Made by a program: the position numbers and the translations under genes. DNA of 64,000 nucleotides, taken from contig NIVC01000363.1 in the NCBI GenBank assembly GCA_002269645.1, positions 558,001-622,000 of the forward strand. Direction: 5' to 3'. The notes under the pieces are model-generated. The model was not told the origin of the DNA. It was given only the letters and a program-made list of their open reading frames with translations, and made no database searches. Numbering within the stretch: the first letter of the stretch is position 1; each line of letters begins with the position of its first letter. This DNA is from Macrostomum lignano. Taxonomy: Eukaryota. Below, one piece after another: positions 1 to 13,700 of the stretch.

Positions 1-225
1 TATTCACCTCTATATAATTGGATGCTGGATTGAATGCATAGAAGTTTATAAATCAATAGCACACATACACTGTATGCTACTATATAGTTTGTATTTTCTA
101 TATTACCAATCAATATTTCGAGCTGTCAACCAATGCCTGACTTGTCAGATAGTTTAGCCACTTTTCTACTATGGTGTTTCGCACGAATAGTTCTGCTGTC
201 AAAGCTGCTGTTGTCTCTGTTGCAG

Positions 226-3200
226 GAGCAGCTGTCCAGCGTTCTCACTCGAGTTGAATCGCTTGAGCTGCATCAGCGGAGGCTGGAAGGTCAGGTTGAT
301 CGGCTGGATCGGGTTCAGTCGGAGCAGCAGGAGAAGCTGGAGAAGCAGCCGGTGATGGAGAGGGAAAGGTGAGAGCTTTTCACGAAGGTTATGAAGGTTT
401 TGTCATTGTAACTATACAGATTATAGAGATCATAGGGATGGTAACTAGACTTAGAGGTCTTATACGAGCTGCGTGTAGGTCACAATAGTCTGGTCATTGT
501 GGTCATGGTGGTCATATTGGTCATAGTGGTCATAGTGGTCATGTTGGTCATAGTGGTCATAGTGATCATAGTGGTCATAGTGGTCATAGTGGTCATAGTG
601 GTCATAGTGGTCATGGTGGTCATAGTGGTCATGGAGGTATAGCAGTCATAGTGGTCACAGTGGTCTTAGTGATCATAGTTTTCATGGAGGTCATAGTGGT
701 CATAGCGCTCATGGAGGTCATACTCGTAGTGTTAAAAGTTCAAACAGTTCATATTTACATTTCATCTCACCTTCTATTCATTCTCCTAATATCAATTTTC
801 CCTCATCACCAGCGCCGCCTGCCAGACACCGCTGCTCTCAAATCCCTACAGCTGTCCGACTCCTCTCAGTCCGGACAGCGGCCGGCCAGGCACCTGCACG
901 CCATCCTGTTTCCATGGCAACGATAACTTTCTTCCAGCAAGCTGCTGCGATTCTCAAGGACCCAGTAAGTGGGATCTCTACACTCCATCCCCTCTCTACC
1001 CTCCATCCCCTCTCTACCCTCCATCCCCTCTCTACCCTCCATCCCCTCTCTACCCTCCATCCCCTCTCTACCCTCCATCCCCTCTCTACTCTCCATCCTC
1101 TCTCTACCCTCCATTCTTTCTCTACCCTCCATCCCCTCTCTACCCTCCATCCCCTCTCTACCCTCCATTCCCTCTCTACCCTCCATCCCCTCTCTACCCT
1201 CCATCCCCTCTCTACCCTCCATCCCCTCTCTACCCTCCATCCCCTCTCTACCCTCCATCCCCTCTCTACCCTCCATCCCCTCTCTACCCTCCATCCCCTC
1301 TCTACCCTCCATCCCCTCTCTACCCTCCATCCCCTCTCTACCCTCCATCCCCTCTCTACCCTCCATCCCTCTCTACCCTCCATCCCCTCTACCCTCCATC
1401 CCCTCTCTACCCTCCATCCCCTCTCTACCCTCCATCCCCTCTCTACCCTCCATCCCCTCTCTACCCTCCATCCCTCTCTACCCTCCATCCCCTCTCTACC
1501 CTCCATCCCCTCTCTACCCTCCATCCCCTCTCTACCCTCCATCCCCTCTCTACCCTCCATCCCCTCTCTACCCTCCATCCCCTCTCTACCCTCCATCCCC
1601 TCTCTACCCTCCATCCCCTCTCTACCCTCCATCCCCTCTCTACCCTCCATCCCCTCTCTACCCTCCATCCCCTCTCTACCCTCCATCCCCTCTCTAAATC
1701 CTTACCCTCTACCTCTCTCTGCCCCTAACGAATCCTCCGAACACTTCTCTCTCCGTCTCTACCTCTCTATCCTCCACTCTCATGTATTGTGTCCACCCTC
1801 ACTCTCCTAAATTTCAACATCAATCAGTTTTTTTATTTTCAACAACTATAGCAATCTAACGTTTTATCTAGATGAAGATTAAACCGTTATAAAACTTTAC
1901 TAACTGAAGCCACATAGCGTCTCCACTCTTTATCCCTGGCACATCTTGTCCAACATTCCATTCATTTCGGCAAGAGATTAGCCCAGATCCCAATGCAATT
2001 TTGATTTTCCACACAAGCCAAGTCGTACAGGTTAGAACGAAAATAAACTATCAAGGTCCCAGCCGCCATCCCGGTGTGACATTTTCGACATTTTCCCCAT
2101 CGCTAGCCATATTCGAGAAAATCAGAAAAAATTCTGGAAAATAAACTACGACATTCGAAGGCTGTGGGAGGTTTGGGCTCCATTTCCTTCGATAGAAACT
2201 GAAAGAAATTTTACTGCAGCGGCCCCAGCGGCAGATCTGGTGGGAAACCGAATTTAACCGCTTTTGTCCAACGTCCTATTCTCCCACCTCTCATCTCTCC
2301 CCTATTCTCCCACCTCTCCCTCTCATCTCTCCCCTATTCTCCCACATCTCCCTCTCATCTCTCCCCTATTCTCCCACCTCTCATCTCTGCCCTATTCTCC
2401 CACCTCTCCCTCTCATCTCTCCCCTATTCTCCCAGATCTCCCTCTCATCTCTCCCCTATTCTCCCACCTCTCATCTCTCCCCTATTCTCCCACCTCTCCC
2501 TCTCATCTCTCCCCTATTCTCCCACCTCTCATCTCTCCCCTATTCTCCCACATCTCCCTCTCATCCCTCCCCTATTCTCCCACCTCTCCCTCTCATCTCT
2601 CCCCTATTCTCCCACCTCTCCCTCTCATCTCTCCCCTATTCTCCCACCTCTCCCTCTCATATCTCCCCTATTCTCCCACCTCTCCCTCTCATCTCTCCCC
2701 TATTCTCCAATCTGTCCCTCTCATCTCTCCCCTATTATCCCATCTGTCCCTCTCATCTGTCCCCTATTATCCCATCTGTCCCTCTCATCTGTCCCCTATT
2801 ATCCCATCTGTCCCTCTCATCTCTCCCCTATTATCCCATCTGTCCCTCTCATCTCTCCCCTATTCTCCCATCTGTCCCTCTCATCTCTCCCCTATTCTCC
2901 CACCTCTCCCTCTCATCTCTCCCCTATTCTCCCACCTCTCCCTCTCATCTCTCCCCTATTCTCCCACCTCTCCCTCTCATCTCTCCCCTATTCTCCCACC
3001 TCTCCCTCTCATCTCTCCCCTATTCTCCCACCTCTCCCTCTCATCTCTCCCCTATTCTCCCACCTCTCCCTCTCATCTCTCCCCTATTCTCCAATCTGTC
3101 CCTCTCATCTCTCCCCTATTCTCCCATCTGTCCCTCTCATCTCTCCCCTATTATCCCATCTGTCCCTCTCATCTGTCCCCTATTATCCCATCTGTCCCTC

Positions 3201-6200
3201 TCATCTGTCCCCTATTATCCCATCTGTCCCTCTCATCTCTCCCCTATTATCCCATCTGTCCCTCTCATCTCTCCCCTATTCTCCCATCTGTCCCTCTCAT
3301 CTCTCCCCTATTCTCCCACCTCTCCCTCTCATCTCTCCCCTATTCTCCCACCTCTCCCTCTCATCTCTCCCCTATTCTCCAATCTGTCCCTCTCATCTGT
3401 CCCCTATTCTCCCATCTGTCCCTCTCATCTCTCCCCTATTTTCCCATCTGTCCCTCTCATCTCTCCCCTATTCTGCCATCTGTCCCTCTCATCCTTTCTC
3501 TGCCTCCCTCTCCCAAATCACATTCTAATCCCCTTTGACCAGTTGCAGACTCCATTCCTACTCCATCAGAATCTCACTTACTGCCCTCGCTCCTCTTATT
3601 AACACTCTCGCTCCTTGAGCATCTGTCAGATTCGATTAATTCCAATCGATGGATCAGTGCAAAGTGCACGCACGCTCTAAAAAGCTGCGCTGAAGGAAGC
3701 GCTGGACCTGTCGAGGTCCGTCTGTACGCGGCACGCCAAAGCAGAGTATGGGCCAAAGGCAATCACTGAGAGCCTCTCTGGCTCCTCCAATCCGAAGTCC
3801 TACAGAACCTTCTCTTGTGCAAGTTTGGCCCAGCCACCCCTCTCCCCGTGTCCTCAAGCTGACCTCTTCTCCTTTGCTACACCTCCTGTTCCCATTCAGC
3901 AACTCCTCTCTGCTTTGTATACAGCTTGTACTTTCTAAACTTTGAGAACCAAACTGAAATCTGGACTATATGTATTTAAGTGGATTAACAATATTATTCT
4001 GTAACTGGAAATAAATTTTCTAGCTACAAGCTCTGGTCACGTGGTGGCCGAGAAAACTTTGAGCATGTCGCGGGCTCTGGCGGCTCAGCAGGTCACCGGT
4101 GGCTGCTCGCCTGACTGCCGATTCGATGCTGAACATCGGCAGGGAGATGAGGAGGTGAGAAATGACTTTGGGAATGTAGTCTACTCACGTTGAGTATAGT
4201 CTACTCAGATTGAGTATAGTCTACTCATATTGAGTATAGTCTACTCATATTGAGTATAGTCTACTCATATTGAGTATAGTCTACTCAGATTGAGTATAGT
4301 CTACTAAGATTGAGTATAGTCTACTCATATTGAGTATAGTCTACTAAGATTGAGTATAGTCTACTCATATTGAGTATAGTCTACTCATATTGAGTATAGT
4401 CTACTAAGATTGAGTATAGTCTACTCATATTGAGTATAGTCTACTAAGATTGAGTATAGTCTACTCATATTGAGTATAGTTTACTAAGATTGAGTATAGT
4501 CTACTCATATTGAGTATAGTTTACTAAGATTGAGTATAGTCTACTCAGATTGAGTATAGTCTACTCAGATTGAGTATAGTCTACTCAGATTGAGTATAGT
4601 CTACTCAGATTGAGTATAGTTTACTAAGATTGAGTATAGTCTACTCATATTGAGTATAGTTTACAAAGATTGAGTATAGTCTACTCAGATTGAGTATAGT
4701 CTACTCAGATTGAGTATAGTCTACTCAGATTGAGTATAGTCTACTCAGATTGAGTATAGTCTACTCAGATTGAGTATAGTCTACTCAGATTGAGTATAGT
4801 CTACTCAGATTGAGTATAGTCTACTCAGATTGAGTATAGTCTACTCAGATTGAGTATAGTCTACTCAGATTGAGTATAGTCTACTCAGATTGAGTATAGT
4901 CTACTCAGATTGAGTATAGTCTACTCAGATTGAGTATAGTCTACTCAGATTGAGTATAGTCTACTCAGATTGAGTATAGTCTACTCAGATTGAGTATAGT
5001 CTACTCAGATTGAGTATAGTCTACTCAGATTGAGTATAGTCTACTCAGATTGAGTATAGTCTACTCAGATTGAGTATAGTCTACTCAGATTGAGTATAGT
5101 CTACTCAGATTGAGTATAGTCTACTCAGATTGAGTATAGTCTACTCAGATTGGCTATAGCCTACCCAGGTTGAGAGTAGTCCACCCAGATTGAGTTGTCT
5201 ACTCAAATCGAATATAGTCTATCTACTCAGATTGAGTATAGTCTACTCAGATTGGGTATATACTCTACTTAGTATCTATCGATCTCAACTGCAGGATCTC
5301 ACGGACAGGCTGTCCGAGTGCTCAAACGGAGGCAGCATCATCAGTGGCACGACTGTGGAGCAGCACCAGAAGCAGAAGGTGTCCCAGCAGCTTTCGGGTG
5401 AGACTTTTGTGCCAGTCTGTTAGAATTGGACACTGTAATGTCAGTGTCAGAATGTCAGATTGTCACACTGTATTGACTGACATTGACCTCACAATGTCAC
5501 ACTGTATTGACTGACATTGACCTCACAATGTCACATTGTATTGACTGACATTGACCTCACAATGTCACACTGTATTGACTGACATTGACCTCACAATGTC
5601 ACATTGTATTGACTGACATTGACCTCACAATGTCACACTGTATTGACTGACATTGACCTCACAATGTCACACTGTATTGACTGACATTGACCTCACAATG
5701 TCACATTGTATTGACTGACATTGACCTCACAATGTCACACTGTATTGACTGACATTGACCTCACAATGTCACACTGTATTGACTGACATTGACCTCCCAA
5801 TGTCACACTGTATTGACTGACATTGACCTCACAATGTCACACTGTATTGACTGACATTGACCTCACAATGTCACACTGTATTGACTGACATTGACCTCAC
5901 AATGTCACACTGTATTGACTGACATTGACCTCACAATGTCACACTGTATTGACTGACATTGACCTCACAATGTCACACTGTATTGACTGACATTGACCTC
6001 ACAATGTCACACTGTATTGACTGACATTGACCTCACAATGTCACACTGTATTGACTGACATTGACCTCACAATGTCACACTGTATTGACTGACATTGACC
6101 TCACAATGTCACACTGTATTGACTGACATTGACCTCACAATGTCACACTGTATTGACTGACATTGACCTCACAATGTCACACTGTATTGACTGACATTGA

Positions 6201-9200
6201 CCTCACAATGTCACACTGTATTGACTGACATTGACCTTAAAAAACCGCATCAAACTTCAAAATGAAGGCGCTGATCTCTGAATCTTTTGCAAGTCTCATT
6301 AACCGCCGAACCCTCGTGTACTTTTACAGATAAGAGGCGCAGAATCTGCCAAGAAATCGTGGAGACAGAGAGGCGCTACTGCTCGGACCTGTGGACAGTG
6401 ATTGATTTAATCGCCGAAACGCTCAAATCTGCCAGCTTCATCTCCATGAAGGATTTATGGTGAGTAATAGCTGCGTGCTAAATTAGTGCCAAGCCTTTCA
6501 ATTGCATTGAGTTGATTCACTGAACATAAATTATTGATAAGAAATCAAGCTTCCCGTCTCAGGAAGGTGTCTCTCAGAAATGTCTGGCATGAACTCTGTC
6601 ACGCAATTAATAAAATTAACCTTGCTTTCTAAATGTCTCAGCTTGTTCAGGCTCTGGCAGCGCTAGAAATTCTTGTTTCCGAAGTGGCAGAACTTTCTTG
6701 ACGTTTCTGACAGCTCGCAACACATTCCCTTAAACACGTGAGTGTTTACTCACCTCACTCTGTGTTTCTCTCTCCTCTCTGTGTGCTTCTCTCACCTCTC
6801 TGTGTGTTTCTCTCTCCTCTCTGTGTGCTTCTCTCACCTCTCTGTGTGTTTCTCTCTCCTCTCTGTGTGCTTCTCTCTCCTCTCTGTGTGTTTCTCTCTC
6901 CTCTCTGTGTGTTTCTCTCACCTCACTCTGTGTTTCTCTCACCTCTCTCTGTGTGTTTCTCTCTCCTCTCTTTGTGTGTTTCTCTCTCCTCTCTCTGTGT
7001 GTTTCTCTCACCTCTCTCTGTGTGTTTCTCTCACCTCACTCTGTGTTTCTCTCACCTCTCTCTGTGTGTTTCTCTCTCCTCTCTTTGTGTGTTTCTCTCT
7101 CCTCTCTCTGTGTGTTTCTCTCACCTCTCTCTGTGTGTTTCTCTCACCTCTCTCTGTGTGTTTCTCTCCTCTCTGTGTGTTTCTCTCACCTCTCTCTATG
7201 TGTTTCTCTCACCTCTCTCTGTGTGTTTCTCTCACCTCTCTCTGTGTGTTTCTCTCACCTCTCTCTGTGTGTTTCTCTCACCTCTCTCTGTGTGTTTCTC
7301 TCACCTCTCTCTGTGTGTTTCTCTCACCTCTCTCTGTGTGTTTCTCTCACCTCTCTCTGTGTGTTTCTCTCACCTCTCTCTGTGTGTTTCTCTCACCTCT
7401 CTCTGTGTGTTTCTCTCACCTCTCTCTATGTGTTTCTCTCACCTCTCTGTGTGTTTCTCTCACCTCTCTCTGTGTGTTTCTCTCCTCTCTGTGTGTTTCT
7501 CTCACCTCTCTCTGTGTGTTTCTCTCTCCTCTGTGTGTTTCTCTCTCCTCTCTCTGTGTGTTTCTCTCACCTCTCTCTGTGTGTTTCTCTCACCTCTCTC
7601 TGTGTTTCTCTCACCTCTCGCTATGTGTTTCTCTCACCTCTCTCTGTGTGTTTCTCTCACCTGTCTCTGTGTGTTTCTCTCACCTCTCTCTGTGTGTCTC
7701 TCTCACCTCTCTCTGTGTGTTTTTCTCTCCTTCCTTTTACTGTCGAACCTTTTGCATTCCTGTTCCCCTTTCTCGGTGCATCATTTTATCACCTCGGCGG
7801 TCACATCGCAGCCGTAATTAGTTAGCAGGAGCTGGCCAACTCATCCGTGTCTATCCTCTGGACCTGCACAAGCCTCATCATACCGGTCTGCTTAATCCCC
7901 TGTGAATCCACACTGTCTTAATGCTAGTTTGGCTTCATCCTTAAAGCTGAAGGCTAAAAAGGCATTTGCCTCAGATAGAGAGACTGGCCCGGATTAGACA
8001 GAAAGGGAGCTGTAGCAACCCGCACTAATTCGCTCTATCAGGAAAGAAGCATAAAATCTAGATCGTACAGACGTAATATTATTTTGCAAATTTTTGCATC
8101 TTATCTCACCTGTCTAAATTTTCTTTGTTATCTAATCTCACCTGTTTCACCTTTCTTATCTATCTAATCTCATCTATCTCACCTTTTTTATTTGTCTAAT
8201 CTCACGTGTCTCACCTGTCTTACAATCTTGAATTAGCTATTAGAATCAAATCATAATCCATACAGATTATTCATCGAATCTTACTCGTTCTGCCCCATCA
8301 CCCCAAACTGCCCAGCATCCGCCTTCTCAGTGTGAAGCCCCATCAGTCAATGCCAGTGTGTACCCATCATTAAAACCCATAAACTTGGCACCAATGTAAA
8401 ACTATGAGCCGCTGACACGGCGGGCCAAATAATCGATCAATATGCGTGTCGTTGCACAATTAATGGATTGAATGGGCCGGCGTGAGGACACGCCCTTTTA
8501 CGCACGCACGGAAACAGAGTTAGGTAGAAAATGTTTTTCTTTTCAGTACATTCTGTACTTTTTTCTATTCGTTACTTAGAAAGCTTGGACTATTACAGAA
8601 AGCATTTTATAGGTCAATTTTTCTGGCATACTTATGATTTTCAGACAGTGTTAGACACCCACAATGCACCCTTAAATTGATGGCAAATAAACTAATTTGT
8701 TTAAACAAACTGACAAACATAAACGAATCGTTTCAAATTCAATCATGCAACCCTGCAGTTTAATCTTCCCGAAGTGCCTGCCGCGTCTGTACGACCTTCA
8801 TTCGACCTTTCTGGGCCTGCTGGAGACCCAGCTGACGGACGGTAACGCCGAGCAGTCAGGCGAAATCTTTCTAGCCAACGTCTTCCTGGACTTCCTGGAC
8901 GCAAACAATGGCGAGCTGTTCGAGCTCTACAGACGATATGCCAACGATTTTGGCTCGGCAGTTCGAACTATTCGAGCATATCAGCAGCATTCGGCTAGGT
9001 TTCGCTGTCTGCTGAGCAGCCTGCAGCGGCATCCCAGCTGCGGTGGCTTGGATCTGACAGCCTTCCTGCTCACACCTGTGCAGCGCCTGCCTCGCTACCA
9101 GCTACTGATGCGGCAGCTCAGTCTCCATACTCAACAGTCGCACGGCGACCGATTAGGACTGGACAGATTGCTCTCGAGGCTGCACAGTCTGCTTGACGAG

Positions 9201-10788
9201 CTCAACTTCTCAATTCAGACGGCGTTGAAACAGGCGCAGCAACAGCAGCAGCAGCAGCAACAGAGATGGAAGCGGTCTCGCTCGTTGACACGCTCGTCGG
9301 CTGTCAGCAACTGCAGCGGAGGAGACTGGACTGCCGCCGATGAAGCTGCTAGCGGCATTCGGGAAGCCGCTTTACCTGGCAAGCGCTGCCACCAGTCGGC
9401 CATTTCAACTGGCAGTGGCGCCCATTTCCTCGCGTCAAATGCCCGATGCAGATCGGCTACACCGTCAAGCGGACAGCAGAAACAGCAGGCAACAAGGTGA
9501 AATGCTGTTTATGATAATGTGAAGCATTTGTCGATTGTCAATTTGTGTCCAATCGATAAGCAGGCAAAACTCGTAGAATAGAAATTCCCGGACTTGTACC
9601 TTCGGTGCAAACCTTCAGATACGCTGTCGGCCTGTCTCAATTTGGCGGCTCGAGTACTGCGCTGGAAACGCAGGCGTGCCACCAGCAGCAGCAGCAGCAG
9701 CAGCAGCCGCAACAGTTACAGCGCACGCCAAGAAGTCCCGCAACCAGTCTGGGCACGCGCAGCCGATGGCTTTCGCGTCAGATGCGCTCCGTCGACAGGT
9801 GCGTATCGGCTAACGACATACTGCGCGACACTGTGTCGCCTTCGCCGTCAAACTCGCCCGCACCCTCGCCGGCACCGTCGTCGGCATCGGCGTCGACGTT
9901 TGTTGACGACCGGCCGCGGCTGCGACGCACTGCGGGACGAGCGTCAGCCGCGTCGACAGTCGCCGCCGGCACGGCTACGACGTCGCAGCTGCAATCGGCG
10001 CACAAGTCGACGCCGACGCTGAAAGAGTCTTTCCGGCGAATGTTCCAGTCTAGACGGAAGTGAGTTTTGGGATGGCTATAGGGGCTGGGGGGTTGACAGA
10101 AGCTCAAAGAAGATGCAAGCAGATCATTCAGAGTACACTACCTGGATTTGCAGGCTACCCAAAATAAATCAAAGAAATTTTCTTCAAAGAATTAGGGAAG
10201 AATTCAGTTTCTTGAGTCAGAGTAGCTCAGCGTTTTTCACGTCAAAGTATCCAGGTTCGATTCCTTGACCTGCCACACTAAGTTGAGGCTTGCTCTTGCC
10301 CATTAGGACAGTCCCACGAATACCACCCGTATAGAAATCCGACTTCGGCGATGTCGGTCGACATTTTCGACGTCTATAACGATGACGTTTCGATGACAGA
10401 TGTGCACTTTTTCATTGCACCGACGTTCAGCCGACGTATGATGTCACTATCCGTCTATGTAATTTAAAAGTACATATCTGTCAGCGACGCTCACAGTCCC
10501 GTAAACTAGCTAGCTCGTATACTACAGAGACAGTTTGGCTTTCCAAGTATGGTTGAATGTAAAACTAACTTACTATTGGAGAATTACATTTACATGTACA
10601 GCGTATAAGCAGATGCATCATATGTTCCTTACACGTACAAGTAGCTAATCTACAATCCTTAATTCACATGCAATAGCTATTCTTTCAGATCGTCGCTAGC
10701 CAAACTGGAGTCGCTGCCGCCGCCAGTGGCCGCGAACTGCAGCGCCACATTCGAGGACGAGAATGGCGATCCGTGCACCGACGTTTAA
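226..10788 (+). CDS. RhoGEF (Dbl-homology domain) protein, 5' end outside the window; N-terminal coiled coil, DH domain, Q/S-rich tail
   Basis: Phase-consistent exons 226-368, 813-964, 4024-4154, 5295-5397, 6330-6459, 8759-9496, 9619-10059, 10689-10788 (TAA), all with AG/GT boundaries. DH motifs RRRICQEIVETERRYCSDL and LDLTAFLLTPVQRLPRYQLLMRQL. The C-terminus is CTDV. Confidence 0.85.
483..715. repeat. 9-bp minisatellite (GTGGTCATA)n, RhoGEF intron
   Basis: Direct tandem repeats visible in the sequence. Confidence 0.9.
975..1697. repeat. 18-bp minisatellite (CTCTACCCTCCATCCCCT)n
   Basis: About 40 units starting ~10 nt after the donor at 965; source of ORFs 838-1810. Confidence 0.95.
2275..3495. 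repeat. ~32-bp pyrimidine-rich minisatellite (CTCATCTCTCCCCTATTCTCCCACCTCTCCCT)n with shorter variants
   Basis: Tandem units; source of ORF 2264-3538. Confidence 0.95.
4176..5270. repeat. 20-bp self-complementary minisatellite (TAGTCTACTCAGATTGAGTA)n
   Basis: About 50 units filling the intron 4155-5294. Confidence 0.95.
5446..6236. repeat. 34-bp minisatellite (TGTCACACTGTATTGACTGACATTGACCTCACAA)n
   Basis: About 23 near-identical units. Confidence 0.95.
6745..7727. repeat. 20-24-bp CT/GT minisatellite (TGTGTTTCTCTCACCTCTCTC)n
   Basis: Tandem units; source of ORFs 6730-7825. Confidence 0.95.
10213..10275 (+). mobile_element. tRNA-derived SINE head or truncated pseudo-tRNA
   Basis: A-box-like TAGCTCAGCG and B-box GGTTCGATTCC, spaced too closely for a full anticodon arm. 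Confidence 0.45.
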
Positions 10789-13700
10789 GCCAACCAATAT
10801 ATATACGCTTGTACATGTATGAGCATTGCTAAACTGCTCACAGATATATACACATGTAAAGTCTTCTGAGAATTTTATACTTTGATGAACTCAAACAGAG
10901 GGTATTTCTTCTTCGTAAACATATCATTACAGAATGAATTGAGTGTATACCGCGGGTAGATCTGTAACTCGTACAACTTTTCATTGGCACACATTTTAGT
11001 TCTCATATCGTTTTTTATTTCATTTCATCATTGCCTTGTATAGCTACTATATAAAATCTGCTGATTTAGTTCTCAGATCACATTTCAGGATTAATCTGCA
11101 CGATGCCATCATGTGTACTATCCTTAGACAGGCAAAAGTCATAGAAAAATGATTATTTCTTCATCTGTAAATACATACATCTGCAAAAATGCTGTTTATA
11201 ACTGAAGCTCGATAGTAAGATCTGGTAGTTAATAGCTAAATACCCGTCTAATGGTTTTATTAAAATTGGTATTAAGACATGTATTTCACCATTTGATTAC
11301 AAGTTTTGGATTTTTTCTCATTAGTATTAATTTACATGCTGTTAACTTTGTGCTGATAATGTTTCCAAAAAGAGTTATTTTTGATTTATTAAAGATTAAC
11401 AAATATTGAATGAAATGTTGGTTAATATTACTTATTTGATTAAGCCAAAGTTGTCATTCATGATCAAACTATTGGTGGCAGTTTGAAGTACAATCTTCAA
11501 GTTAAATCTTCAAGAAATTTCAGAAGTGCCAGTACAAATAGAAACAGTGCTGAAGTTGCTGAGAAATGCTGAAGTGCTGAAGAAAAAAGTGCATTGTGAC
11601 TTAATTGCCGTAGAAAATGGTAATACTTTTAAGTTGTTTTTTTTAACTTAAGATATTTTATTATATTATTATAGGTCTAAGACCTATTGATCTCAAAACT
11701 TAACTTCTTATAGTTTTACTGTAGTAGTGTTATTTGTTTTACTTTAAATGAGTTCATGTGAATTAGAAATCTTTTCTTATTTCGCTATTCTTTCGGTTTG
11801 TTAGAATTGGTTCTAACGCAATCCACAACGTGCTGCACGTGAGGCAAATAGAGTTGTTCTAGTCTTCTCTGATTTAACATGGACAGTAGCCGTCCTTCCC
11901 TTGTCCTTCAGTAGTAAGGGACAGGGAAATGACTGATCATTCAACAAATCACACAAAAGTTCGACAACAGCAACAATCGTATCCTTTTCTATAATTCAGC
12001 ATTGGTATTATTTCTGCAGTGACCTTTGTGTGTTATTTGACTTGACCTACCTGTTAGACAGTTTTTGATACATCAACATTCTACAGGCATAGGCCTATAG
12101 GCCCTTATAAATCTAAGTTTGTAGTATGTTTTTATTTTATTTTAAAAAAATTGATTTAGTGTGGACTGTGGAGGATTGTAAATGTGAAGTTAAAATAGGT
12201 TAGCTTGGCAAGCTAAATTTTTTCTATCACTAGGTCCAGCTCCCTACAGTCCTACACTAAGATTTTTGTAGGCATCAAGATGTGAAATCTCATCAAAGGT
12301 CCAAATTTTAGGTCTAGCCCATAGTTGGCAGTAGATTTCACTAAATTTTCCAGCACAAATTGGCCATTTCTCTACTCTGGCATACTTGGCGCATTTGGTG
12401 CAAAAGGAAAAATGACAGCCTGCAACTTGGCACAGTTGGCGCATGGGATAGATTCCTTTGATCAGTAAATAATAATATAATCAAGTAGCCTTTGTGATAG
12501 GCCTATATATTTTTTTTATATTTTCAGATATTTTGTTGTTACAATTATAGTGACTTTGACAAAAATTGTTATTTTTTATGAACATAAAAGACTGCTCAAA
12601 GTTCAAATTCAAATTTCCATTTACTGTTTGCTATGTGCCATTTGATCTTATTGCTAAATCAATATTGTTATATTGTTATAAATAGCATTTTTAACTATTC
12701 CAAGCACTGGTGCATGGCACAAAGAAAAAATTGCTGTGGTGCATAATGCATTAGAAAAAAATGGGGGAAATTTAATCAGCACATATGGCACACCTTCCTA
12801 ACTATGGGGTTCAGCCTATTTTGGTGAAGGAATTTTTGGCAAAAGTGAATTTTCAGTTAGCATAGGCTTCCTAAGATTTTTATAATCTTTATAGGCCTAA
12901 TTGGTTTATATAAGATTAAAAAAATTGTAATTGGTAATATCTTGGGCCTAATTTAAATTTTTTTGATAATTTTAGTTACAACATTTAAAAAAAATATTTA
13001 TAGGCCTTAATATAATATATGCCATACTTAAAGACCTGGTGGCTGTCTATAATGCAGAAACTTATAGACACAATAGCCATGTCTTTAATAGTGACTAGGT
13101 CCATACTTATAGATAGCCACTGTGTCTATAGTATAGGGTTTTCTTTTTTGCCAGAAATAAGATACAAAATTGCACTCTATGCTCACTTTCATGGTGCAAT
13201 TTTAAGGCTCAAAGTGCAATTTCTCTTTTTTCTTATTTTAAGGCAGTGCAAATGAGGCTTTAATAGAAAAATAGGTTATGAGACTGCATCTAAACTGCAC
13301 CTACATTTCAATTTCAGGGTGCAATTTTAAAATTTAAGGTGCATACGCACACTACGCACAAAAATAAACCCAGCTATAGTATAAGTTTTTGCATTATAAA
13401 CATGGCTATTGTCTATAAATATAGACCTAGTCACTATTAGACATTGCCATAGTGACAATGAAACTTGCATGATTGCCATGTCGTTAATATTGAATGGGTT
13501 CACACTTAAAAACAAAGTAGGAGGTGGCAGTGAAATTAATATTGAATTGAATGGGTTCACATTTAGATACATGGTGGGTAGTTGTGTCTATAATATTGGA
13601 GCTTATAAGTATGGCTGCCATGTATATAATCATCAATATAAAATGCGTGTTCTATAAGGCTCTCTCATAAGCAAATAGTAGCTTAGTGGATAAGTTAATT

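Noticed and set aside
3631-3716. Possible extra RhoGEF exon (acceptor at ~3630, open frame)
   Set aside because: Available donors give phase 0 while the next exon needs phase 1; the gene joins without it.
838-7825. Long ORFs 838-1810, 2264-3538 and 6730-7825 (MEGREG, LHPLST, SLCVFLSP repeats)
   Set aside because: Translations of intronic minisatellites that lack stop codons; the flanking exons splice in phase without them.
10213-10275. Functional tRNA gene
   Set aside because: Too little sequence between the A and B boxes for an anticodon arm; kept only as SINE-like.
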